A DNA stretch of 32,923 nt from an uncultured Flavobacteriaceae bacterium (GCA_964490545.1 CAZBCJ010000001.1:7981-40903), one strand, 5' to 3'; shown: positions 1-7,939, counted from the first letter of the stretch. Translations and numbers: made by a program. Notes: generated by a model not told the origin, from the sequence alone.

Positions 1-436
1 AAAGCTATATGCTCTAATGAAGTACCCTTTCAAACTAAAGGACTTTAACGAACCTTATGATGGGATATTATACTCTGCAACTATTGGCTTAGGTTTTGCT
101 TTTATTGAGAATATTTTATACGTATTAGGTAATTTAGATATAGCAAGAGAGATAGCAATGAGTCGAATGTTTACTGCAATTCCTGCTCATGCTGCATTTG
201 GAGTTTTAATGGGTTATTTTGTAGGCCTAGCAAAATTTGATTTAAAAAACAAAACTAGGTTAGTAATCACAGGGCTTGTTATTGCAACATCAACTCATTG
301 TCTTTATAATTATTTTATATTTAAATTCAGCAATTCCGTATATATGCTTTTTACTTTTGTTGTATTAATCATTGCATTATATTTATCAAAAATTGCGATA
401 AAAAAACATCAAGATAATTCACCTTTTAAAAATTAA
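1..436 (+). CDS. PrsW-family intramembrane protease, C-terminal part (5' end lies outside the window)
   Basis: The reading frame is open from the window edge (codons phased from nt 2) and stops at 434-436. The sequence is a hydrophobic multi-TM protein with PrsW-type motifs GFAFIEN and H-x-x-x-N (HCLYN). Confidence 0.7.
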   Translation, partial: KLYALMKYPFKLKDFNEPYDGILYSATIGLGFAFIENILYVLGNLDIAREIAMSRMFTAIPAHAAFGVLMGYFVGLAKFDLKNKTRLVITGLVIATSTHCLYNYFIFKFSNSVYMLFTFVVLIIALYLSKIAIKKHQDNSPFKN

Positions 437-440
437 TATT

Positions 441-836
441 ATGAAAAAACTATATTTAATTCTAATTGCAACTACTTTAATTATAAGTTGCGAAAACAAT
501 AAAAAAACAGAAACCGTTACTGTTAAGCATGAAAGCTCAATTATTAATCCTGAAGTTTCTTTTGGTGTTAGAGGAAATTGTGGAATGTGTAAAACTACAA
601 TTGAAAAGGCTGCACTTTCTGTTGATGGAGTAGAGGAAGCTTCTTGGAGCACAGCAACAAAAATTCTAGACATAAAAACAAAAACTAGTTTAGATTCAAT
701 TGTAATTAAAATTCATCAAGCTGTAGCAGATTCTGGATACGATACTGAATTAATTTCTGCAATGGAAGAAAACTATAATAATTTGCCTGGATGTTGTCAG
801 TACAATAGAGAAATGGTAATAACAAATAATAATTAA
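441..836 (+). CDS. Heavy-metal-associated (HMA) domain lipoprotein
   Basis: The ATG lies 4 nt after the upstream stop. There is a signal peptide with a lipobox-like LIISC. An HMA-type CxxC metal site is present (GNCGMCKTTIEKA), plus a second Cys pair near the C-terminus (LPGCCQY). Confidence 0.75.
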   Translation: MKKLYLILIATTLIISCENNKKTETVTVKHESSIINPEVSFGVRGNCGMCKTTIEKAALSVDGVEEASWSTATKILDIKTKTSLDSIVIKIHQAVADSGYDTELISAMEENYNNLPGCCQYNREMVITNNN

Positions 837-839
837 ATC

Positions 840-1688
840 GTGTTAAGATTTACGTTTATTTATCTTTTGCAAATCACATTTATTGGTAGTTTCTTATTCG
901 TCGTTTCATGTAAGGGGGATATTGTTGATATACCTCCTGGAAATGATCCTAATTTCACTATAATAAGTCACTCAGATCAAGGTTTTTCCTCAACTAATAG
1001 AAAAGTCTCTGTTTTTGGTGTTGACATATATGCTGTTTCTGAAGTTAATGATGAGAAACTCCTGCATGCAGCTAATGTTTTGGCACAATATTTAGATAAT
1101 AATGAAGATGGAAATGTTGACAATAATCAAGTTCACGACAAAATGATTGAAAATAAGGCATTCGTTATTATGTGGAAAGATGATAATGATTTAGATATTG
1201 AACCTCCAAATGATAGAATTGGACAAGACTTAGGAGATGATGAAACCAACCCAAATTTTGTTATAAATAATAAACAGGGGCAATTTGATGCTTCATTAGA
1301 GGAAATATGGCATATAATCAGTCATTCTGGCTACGCATATGCTTATCCTGAGGTTTTTGGAGAAAACCCTGGAACTTCTTTAACTAATGCTATGGATATA
1401 GCTAGAGGAGGTTTTTTTACAGAAATACCTAATTCATATCCATCTAGTGCATGGTATTCATATTATGATTACACATGTGAATACGATTGTATGGCTGCAG
1501 AATATATATATTGGGCAATTACATCAATTTTGGGAGCTCAGGAAAATAGGCTAAACGAAATTGGTGATGAATGGATTTTAAATACTGCTGAGCTTGTAGA
1601 AACTGTCGATACCGCTATATACTCATTATTAACGATGGATGAATATAACTTTCCTACAGAACTACCTGACGGTTCTTACAGACATTAA
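840..1688 (+). CDS. Hypothetical secreted lipoprotein (GTG start), acidic, with an EF-hand-like loop
   Basis: The GTG lies 3 nt after the upstream stop, and there is no in-frame ATG before residue ~100. The N-terminus has a hydrophobic signal ending in VVSC. An Asp/Asn-rich loop DNNEDGNVDNNQ lies at nt 1095-1130. I recognise no family confidently. Confidence 0.6.
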   Translation: MLRFTFIYLLQITFIGSFLFVVSCKGDIVDIPPGNDPNFTIISHSDQGFSSTNRKVSVFGVDIYAVSEVNDEKLLHAANVLAQYLDNNEDGNVDNNQVHDKMIENKAFVIMWKDDNDLDIEPPNDRIGQDLGDDETNPNFVINNKQGQFDASLEEIWHIISHSGYAYAYPEVFGENPGTSLTNAMDIARGGFFTEIPNSYPSSAWYSYYDYTCEYDCMAAEYIYWAITSILGAQENRLNEIGDEWILNTAELVETVDTAIYSLLTMDEYNFPTELPDGSYRH

Positions 1689-1752
1689 GAATACCAGATA
1701 AAATGTTCTATAATTTATATTATGTAAAATAGGATTTATTTCTACAGTATAA

Positions 1753-3372
1753 TTAGTTCTTTATTATTCTATGGGTTTCTGCCCTATTATTAAACTTCAG
1801 TGTAATCAAATAAATACCATTCATAAAAGAACTAATATTAATAGGTTCGTCAATGATGGTTTTACCCTCTAAAATTAGCTTAGAATTTAGATCATATATT
1901 TTGTAACTAATATCTCCATTATAGTTATACCCACTTAAAATAATAGAATTATTAGAAGGATTTGGGCTTATCGTAAATAGCTTTACAATATTATCATTTT
2001 CAGTTAATGTATTAGTATAGCAGTTTTCAGCTACTGAAAATTCTGTTTTTATTAACTCACTAATCTTATTGTCAGAAAAGCTTTCATTAGCTGTATGATT
2101 AAAGAATGTAGCATCAACAGCTTGGTCATCAGCTCCTAAATAATCTTGTAATAAAGTACCTATTGTTTGTCTATAGTCGTATTGAACAGTTTGTATCTGC
2201 CAATTATTGTCTTCAGATGCTTCTGTTAAGTCAACATTTACTCCTGAAACTCCCCCATTTACGGGGTAACCAAAGACAAACATTGGAGCAATTTCTCCAT
2301 GATCGGTGCCTAAATTTCCGTTTTCTTTGGCTTTTCTTCCAAATTCTGAGAAAGTAAGACCCACAACATCATCTTGAAATCCTTGAGATTGAATATCTTC
2401 CATAAATTGACTAATAGCTCCATCTACTTCTGTCAATAATTCATTATGCGTACCAATAATGTCATTTCCAGATTGAATTTGACTAAAATGAGTATCAAAA
2501 CCACGCAACTTAACAAGATATACTTTTGATTCTAAACCACCACTAATTAATCTAGCAACTGTTTTTAATTGGTCAGAGATATCTGTATCCTGATAATCTG
2601 CATTATTAACGCCATTATTAAATGCATTTGAAATTGCTTCAGAATAAGTGTTTGATAACTGGTCATTTTCTATGATATATTGAAGTTCTATCCCATAGTG
2701 TGAGTCTGGAATATAAGCTGGAGGCTCCCCTCCTAACCCACTTAATACTGAATAAAATCCGGAGGCATCTTGACCTTCTATATTAATAGCTAATCCATGT
2801 TCGGCTTCTCCATGAAATCCAAGTGATCCACTTTTAGAGCCTATTTCAACACCTAATGGAAATGACGATTCTACAAGGTCATAATAGTATGATTCCATAA
2901 ATCTACCTATCCATCCAGAATCTCCACCGTTTAACCAACTATTTCCATCATTTCCTGTATTATATATATCAGTTGATGCAAAATGACTCTTGTTTTGTGA
3001 AGGATAACCTACAGATTGCAATATTCTTAAAATTCCTTGATCATATATGTTTTTTAAACCAACTAATGCTGGATGCAATCCTAATTGTTGATTATCCGAT
3101 AATGTAGTATCAAGAGTTATAAATGAGTTTGAACCAGAATCTGGTATCCTTAAAGTTGGTCGTAAATTACTGTATAGATCATAATTATTTAAAGGAACAA
3201 CAGTGTTTAGCCCATCATTTCCTCCTGCTAAATTGATTAAAACTAATTTTCTGTTTGTAATATTGCAATCCAAGAAGCCTTCTGCAACTTTAAGAGCTGA
3301 ATTTATTTCATATGGGAAAAGCCCTAATGCTGATGCGCTACTAGTAAGTTTTATAAAATTTCTTCTTTTCAA
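1753..3372 (-). CDS. DUF1501-family protein (sulfatase/alkaline-phosphatase-like fold) with Tat signal and T9SS C-terminal sorting domain
   Basis: TTG start, since the reverse complement of 3370-3372 is TTG. The N-terminus MKRRNFIKLTSSASALGLFP fits the twin-arginine consensus (RRxFxK). DUF1501 core motifs are present: INLAGGNDGLNTVVP, GFDTH, FSEFGR...GTDHG. The last 76 aa (nt 1756-1983: KLFTISPNPSNN...GIYLITLKF...) look like a type-A Por/T9SS sorting domain. Confidence 0.85.
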   Translation of the reverse strand: MKRRNFIKLTSSASALGLFPYEINSALKVAEGFLDCNITNRKLVLINLAGGNDGLNTVVPLNNYDLYSNLRPTLRIPDSGSNSFITLDTTLSDNQQLGLHPALVGLKNIYDQGILRILQSVGYPSQNKSHFASTDIYNTGNDGNSWLNGGDSGWIGRFMESYYYDLVESSFPLGVEIGSKSGSLGFHGEAEHGLAINIEGQDASGFYSVLSGLGGEPPAYIPDSHYGIELQYIIENDQLSNTYSEAISNAFNNGVNNADYQDTDISDQLKTVARLISGGLESKVYLVKLRGFDTHFSQIQSGNDIIGTHNELLTEVDGAISQFMEDIQSQGFQDDVVGLTFSEFGRKAKENGNLGTDHGEIAPMFVFGYPVNGGVSGVNVDLTEASEDNNWQIQTVQYDYRQTIGTLLQDYLGADDQAVDATFFNHTANESFSDNKISELIKTEFSVAENCYTNTLTENDNIVKLFTISPNPSNNSIILSGYNYNGDISYKIYDLNSKLILEGKTIIDEPINISSFMNGIYLITLKFNNRAETHRIIKN

Positions 3373-3383
3373 TTTTCAAATAG

Positions 3384-5015
3384 TTACATTAATTGGTATT
3401 CTGGTGCATTAATCATTGCACCAATCAACAAATCTAATCTGTTTTTAACTGTTGTGTTTTCACCTGTAGCTAAATATTCATCCCAAGTATCTGTCCAGTA
3501 ATATGAAGGATAGTCTTCAAGTATTAATTCAGCAAAATATGAAACTCTGTCTTCATCTATTGGATTTGGATAGAGAATATTAGCAATTTCATCTATCAAA
3601 TAATAAATATTTCCAGGATTAGCAGAAGTGTTTTCAACAAAGGAAACAGTATCTAATTCTGAGCCAAATTGACCATTTCCACCAAGTTTATTTCTACCAG
3701 TAATTAAACATTCTATTAAACGATATCTAGCTAGTATTGTACTTGAAGAAAACCAATGTCTATCAAAATCTGGGCTCTGATAGATCGCAGGATGACCAGC
3801 AACAGTATCTGGAGCAAAAAGATTCATTCCACTCATTGGAAAATAAGTGTTATGTAGAAAATTTCTAATGAATTTATAATAGTTATCTATATCATCCTCT
3901 GGACTAGGAATATTAAATCCTAAATTTGTAATAGTTGATGATAATAATTGTACTGGTGACTTTACTATTGATCCTAATATTTCATCTGTAGAATCAGAAT
4001 CTGCAGCGTCAAAGAAATGTTGAGATTTAAGCAGCCTTTTTACAACTGGCAATATGTTGTAATTTTCTTGATATAATTGCTGAGCTAATGGTAATAATAT
4101 TGTGTTTTCAACTTCTTGATCCCATTCACTTTTAACAAAAAATCTATATAGTTTTTTTACATATGCCAACGCTGTCGCTTCCTTATTAAAAACCATGTCA
4201 ACAAATTCATGTAATTCGTTAAATATTGTTTCTTCAGAATTACCGCCAGTTAATTCATAATTATCAAATGCATAACTAAATGTTTTTACTCCTTGATCAT
4301 GATGATTGATAGAAAGTCTTCCCATTGGAATATTAGTGTCAGGATCAATTATACTTCTATCAAGCTGAGTTTTAAATCCTGAAAAAACTTTTGCAGCTTC
4401 TATAACATCTTGCTCAGTATAAGTGGTATAGTCCCCTTCTCCAACCTGTTCTCCTTTAGTTATAGTAAATAACTCGAGGAATTCTCTTGCATAATTCTCA
4501 TTAGGATTGTTAGCATTATTTTGAGTGTTGTCTAAATAATTTAGCATTGCATTATCCAATGTTATTTTTTTGGCTAATTCTCTTAAATTTCCTTCAGAAT
4601 AAAATTCAAGTAATCTTAGGTGATCATAAAAGTAGTGTGAAGCTCCAACATCCCCACTGGCTATTGTAAAAGTTGTATGAAGAAAAAAGGTTAGCTTATC
4701 TTTTAAATTAGCCCTATTTATCATATTATACCACCACCAAGCAGATAACAGCGCTCTTTTTCTTGGTTGATTTTGTATATCAGGAGGATAAACACCTGAA
4801 GAAAGCCAATAACCGTGTGGATCATCTAATGGCATTGGATCATATGGTTCATTATAGCTTATAGTGTCATCCAAAAGTAATTGATCAATAGCATCAGCAG
4901 CAGTTAAATTAGACATCTCACTTAATAGAGCATTATTATAATGAAATAAACATCTTCTAAGTAGATGTTTTGCCCTTAATTGACCTAGATTTGAAGTTAA
5001 TGGGTCAAGTGACAT
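3384..5015 (-). CDS. DUF1800-family protein
   Basis: ATG start. The N-terminal HLLRRCLF motif and overall length (543 aa) are typical of DUF1800. The gene sits 11 nt upstream of the DUF1501 gene, which is the usual pairing. It has no N-terminal hydrophobic signal. Confidence 0.85.
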   Translation of the reverse strand: MSLDPLTSNLGQLRAKHLLRRCLFHYNNALLSEMSNLTAADAIDQLLLDDTISYNEPYDPMPLDDPHGYWLSSGVYPPDIQNQPRKRALLSAWWWYNMINRANLKDKLTFFLHTTFTIASGDVGASHYFYDHLRLLEFYSEGNLRELAKKITLDNAMLNYLDNTQNNANNPNENYAREFLELFTITKGEQVGEGDYTTYTEQDVIEAAKVFSGFKTQLDRSIIDPDTNIPMGRLSINHHDQGVKTFSYAFDNYELTGGNSEETIFNELHEFVDMVFNKEATALAYVKKLYRFFVKSEWDQEVENTILLPLAQQLYQENYNILPVVKRLLKSQHFFDAADSDSTDEILGSIVKSPVQLLSSTITNLGFNIPSPEDDIDNYYKFIRNFLHNTYFPMSGMNLFAPDTVAGHPAIYQSPDFDRHWFSSSTILARYRLIECLITGRNKLGGNGQFGSELDTVSFVENTSANPGNIYYLIDEIANILYPNPIDEDRVSYFAELILEDYPSYYWTDTWDEYLATGENTTVKNRLDLLIGAMINAPEYQLM

Positions 5016-5023
5016 ATAGTAGT

Positions 5024-6130
5024 TTATTTACTATTATTTTTTTCTATATAAAGAGAAGTTGAAGGGAAAGCAAATTCACTATTGTGTTTATTAACTATTT
5101 CAATAATACTATAATTAATTTTCTGCTGTGTATCAATTAAATTTTCCCATTCAGGACTGTTTACGTAATATAGCACCATAATATCCAAAGAACTTGCCCC
5201 AAAACTTAAAAATCTAACTCTCCCGTCTTCATTTGTCATTGGATGATCATCTACTAGTTTTTGAATATCATTTACTATATTTTTAATTTGTTCTATTGTA
5301 GTATCATAAGTAAGACCAATATTGAACTTTACTCTTCTTACAGGTCTGACACCTAAATTATCTAATTCCGTATTAATAACATTCTTGTTTGGAACTGTTA
5401 CTATACTTTTATCAAATGTTCTGATTCTAGTGCTCCTAAAGCCTACTTTTTCAACCTTTCCTGTAACACCCCCTAGAGTAATAACATCTCCAACAGCAAA
5501 AGGCTTGTCAAAAAAGATAGTAAATGATCCTAATAAATTTTCTATACTTTCTTTTGAAGCCAGAGCAATAGCAACACCTCCTACTCCTAGCCCAGCAACT
5601 AATGCAGTGATGTTTACATTAAATACATTTCCAAGTATTATTATTAACGCAAAAATATATACTAAAACCTTTGTAAGATCAATGGCAAAAGGGATAAGCC
5701 CATCATCAACTTTACTTTCAGTCTGTGCAGCTCTATCTTTAAGTTTAACACCAACAAACTCCACAGATCTTAGAATAGTCCAAAAAATAGAACATATAAC
5801 AGCTAGATAAAACCCTTTGTCAATAATCATTTTCAATCCAAACTCAGAACTATCAACTAAACCCCATTCATTTGGAAAATTAAGGGAATTTAATCCTATA
5901 TATAAAATCATTAACAAGAAAAAATAATAGAGAGGTTTTCTTAATAGTGATTTTAACATATCCCTTTCATTGTCTGAGTCTTTACTTCCAAATAATTTAT
6001 ATGCAATTCTGAGCAAATATGATATAATAGGTTTTGTTATAATTAAACCAACTATAATTACCAAAAAGAAGTATAAATAATCCTTAACAGAATTATTTAA
6101 AAATTCAATACTTAAAAATTCTAAATCCAT
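5024..6130 (-). CDS. MscS-family mechanosensitive ion channel
   Basis: The protein has TM helices followed by the conserved MscS beta-domain (ENLLGSFTIFFDKPFAVGDVITLGGVTGKVEKVGFRSTRIRTFDKSIVTVPN). I prefer the ATG at 6130 (MDLEFLS...) over the track start at 6175, because two TAnnTTTG boxes lie inside the 45-nt extension. Confidence 0.85.
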   Translation of the reverse strand: MDLEFLSIEFLNNSVKDYLYFFLVIIVGLIITKPIISYLLRIAYKLFGSKDSDNERDMLKSLLRKPLYYFFLLMILYIGLNSLNFPNEWGLVDSSEFGLKMIIDKGFYLAVICSIFWTILRSVEFVGVKLKDRAAQTESKVDDGLIPFAIDLTKVLVYIFALIIILGNVFNVNITALVAGLGVGGVAIALASKESIENLLGSFTIFFDKPFAVGDVITLGGVTGKVEKVGFRSTRIRTFDKSIVTVPNKNVINTELDNLGVRPVRRVKFNIGLTYDTTIEQIKNIVNDIQKLVDDHPMTNEDGRVRFLSFGASSLDIMVLYYVNSPEWENLIDTQQKINYSIIEIVNKHNSEFAFPSTSLYIEKNNSK

Positions 6131-6147
6131 ATTCTTATGATTATATT

Positions 6148-6164
6148 CAAAAATAACAAAAATA
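6148..6164 (-). promoter_or_regulatory. Two tandem Bacteroidetes-type -7 boxes (TATTTTTG) upstream of the MscS gene
   Basis: The plus strand reads caaaaata at 6148-6155 and again at 6157-6164, which is TAnnTTTG on the minus strand. They lie 17 and 26 nt upstream of the ATG at 6130. I saw no convincing -33 TTG. Confidence 0.3.
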
Positions 6165-6253
6165 ATACGAACCATTTAATATTATAATTTTCTTTTAGCT
6201 CTAATTAAATATTTTGTATATTAATACTCTTATCATTCTTAAAAATAAACTTT

Positions 6254-6799
6254 ATGAAAAATTTTAAATCAATTCTAGCTATTGCTATTCTTGCTGCAAT
6301 AAGCTATTCATGCAATAATTCGGCCGTTCAAAAAATGATGCAAGAACCTGAAAATCCAGGAATGGTACAATACGAATCTAATCAAAAGCTTTATGATAAC
6401 TCTTTTGATCTTTTTTGTGCTAATAATTTAGATGAGTTTACAAAAACTGTTTCTGAAGACGTATTATGGCATCCTCCACATGGAGATTCATTAACAAAAT
6501 CTGATTGGAGTGCTGATATGAAAATGTGGCATGATCATTTTGAAAACTTTAAATTCACCAATAGACAATACTTCCCAGGAGTTGACGAATCATTTGAACC
6601 AAATGGATCTGTTAGAGTTTATGGTGTATGGAGTTTTAATCACAAAGAAACAGGTATGGAGTTTTCTAATCAAAAATGGTATTCTGTTGCTAATTTTAAT
6701 GATCAAGGTCAACAAGATGAAATGTGGGAGTATTTTGATGCGTCTTACTCCTTCTTAAAACTACTAGAAGCTTCACTTATAGAAACTGAAGAAGAATAA
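6254..6799 (+). CDS. Lipoprotein, paralog 1 of a tandem triplet (possible NTF2/SnoaL-like fold)
   Basis: The signal peptide plus lipobox and linker (ISYSC-NNSAVQKMMQEP) is shared with the next two genes. The C-terminal tail is acidic (ETEEE). The fold assignment rests only on the secondary-pattern impression. Confidence 0.8.
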   Translation: MKNFKSILAIAILAAISYSCNNSAVQKMMQEPENPGMVQYESNQKLYDNSFDLFCANNLDEFTKTVSEDVLWHPPHGDSLTKSDWSADMKMWHDHFENFKFTNRQYFPGVDESFEPNGSVRVYGVWSFNHKETGMEFSNQKWYSVANFNDQGQQDEMWEYFDASYSFLKLLEASLIETEEE

Positions 6800-6817
6800 T
6801 AATTAATACTTAATATT

Positions 6818-7390
6818 ATGAAAAATTTTAAACTAATAATTACAATTGCAATTCTAACTGCTTTTGTGTATTCATGTAATAATTCCGCTGTTCAAAGAAT
6901 GATGGAAGAACCTGTAGAGCCAGAAAGAGCTGTTGGAATGTCAGACTGGGCAGGTGTTAAAGATATGAAATGGCATATAGGAACTCAAGAAGCTGTTGAT
7001 GTAGCAAAAAACATGGACTCTGCATGGAAAGCACGTGACTGGGAAACAATGAGAACCTTTATTTCTGACACTGCAAAAATTACCGCTTCTAACGGTTATA
7101 CTTTTGCCTCACCTGATGATTTTATTGAAAACCGAAAAAGATTGGATTCTGTAATGGCATCTGATGGAGCAACATTTGATTGGAAATTTACCAATCTGTT
7201 CTCTGTTGATTTAAATCCTTCAGCAGGTGGAGAGCATGTTCATGCTGATTACTATGGCATGTATACTAAAGATGGAAAAGAAGATAATTTTAGAGTTATG
7301 AATAGATATTATGTGATTGATGGTAAAATTGTCGTATGGAACTCATATTCTCAAGAAATAATAGAACCAGAAGAAGAAACTGAAGAATAA
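6818..7390 (+). CDS. Lipoprotein, paralog 2 of a tandem triplet (possible NTF2/SnoaL-like fold)
   Basis: The N-terminus MKNFKLIITIAILTAFVYSCNNSAVQRMMEEPVEPER is near-identical to paralog 3. Shared internal motifs are DW(E)..R...SDTAK, FSVDL.P..GGEHVHA and RYY(V/I)IDGK(I/V)V.W. The tail is acidic (EPEEETEE). Confidence 0.85.
   Translation: MKNFKLIITIAILTAFVYSCNNSAVQRMMEEPVEPERAVGMSDWAGVKDMKWHIGTQEAVDVAKNMDSAWKARDWETMRTFISDTAKITASNGYTFASPDDFIENRKRLDSVMASDGATFDWKFTNLFSVDLNPSAGGEHVHADYYGMYTKDGKEDNFRVMNRYYVIDGKIVVWNSYSQEIIEPEEETEE
6845..6918 (+). repeat. Direct repeat copy A (5' end of lipoprotein paralog 2)
   Basis: This 74 bp matches 7436-7509 with one mismatch. The core 65 bp (6854-6918) is perfectly identical to 7445-7509; I checked this base by base. 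Confidence 0.95.
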
Positions 7391-7408
7391 TAACTAAATA
7401 TATAAGAA

Positions 7409-7939
7409 ATGAAACATTTAAAATTAATTTTTACGATTGCAATACTAACTGCTTTTGTGTATTCATGTAATAATTCCGCTGTTCAAAGAATGATGGAAGA
7501 ACCTGTAGAACCTGAAAGATCAGTTGGATTCACAAACTGGTCTGATGATGGAGCTGAATATAAATTCCATTTAGGAACTGATGCAGCTGTTCAAGTTGTA
7601 AGAGATCTTGATGAAGTCTGGACGAATCAAGATTGGGAAGGTGTAAGAGCAATGCTTTCTGATACTGCCAAATTTTATTGGAGAAATGGCAATGTACTTT
7701 CAGTTGATGAGTTTATGACTCAAATAAGTTCTGATAGCACAGGATCTGCTACATGGAAATTCAATGGAGCTTTCTCTGTTGATTTAGATCCAACAAGAGG
7801 CGGAGAGCATGTTCATGCTGCTTTTTCAGTATCTACTAAAACAGATAGCACTACTGTAAATAGGGATGTTCATGAAAGGTACTATATAATCGATGGAAAA
7901 GTTGTTACTTGGCATCAATATAGTCTTGATGTAAAATAA
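7409..7939 (+). CDS. Lipoprotein, paralog 3 of a tandem triplet (possible NTF2/SnoaL-like fold)
   Basis: The N-terminus is MKHLKLIFTIAILTAFVYSCNNSAVQRMMEEPVEPER. It shares the internal motifs of paralog 2 and is followed by a strong terminator. Confidence 0.85.
   Translation: MKHLKLIFTIAILTAFVYSCNNSAVQRMMEEPVEPERSVGFTNWSDDGAEYKFHLGTDAAVQVVRDLDEVWTNQDWEGVRAMLSDTAKFYWRNGNVLSVDEFMTQISSDSTGSATWKFNGAFSVDLDPTRGGEHVHAAFSVSTKTDSTTVNRDVHERYYIIDGKVVTWHQYSLDVK
7436..7509 (+). repeat. Direct repeat copy B (5' end of lipoprotein paralog 3)
   Basis: This is the partner of 6845-6918, and 7445-7509 is perfectly identical to 6854-6918. Confidence 0.95.

Noticed and set aside
5322-5810. A 162-aa plus-strand ORF lies inside the MscS gene.
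   Set aside because: It is entirely antisense to a well-supported channel gene. Its translation is low-complexity and T/P/S/L-rich, typical of a shadow frame, and there is no start context or family resemblance.
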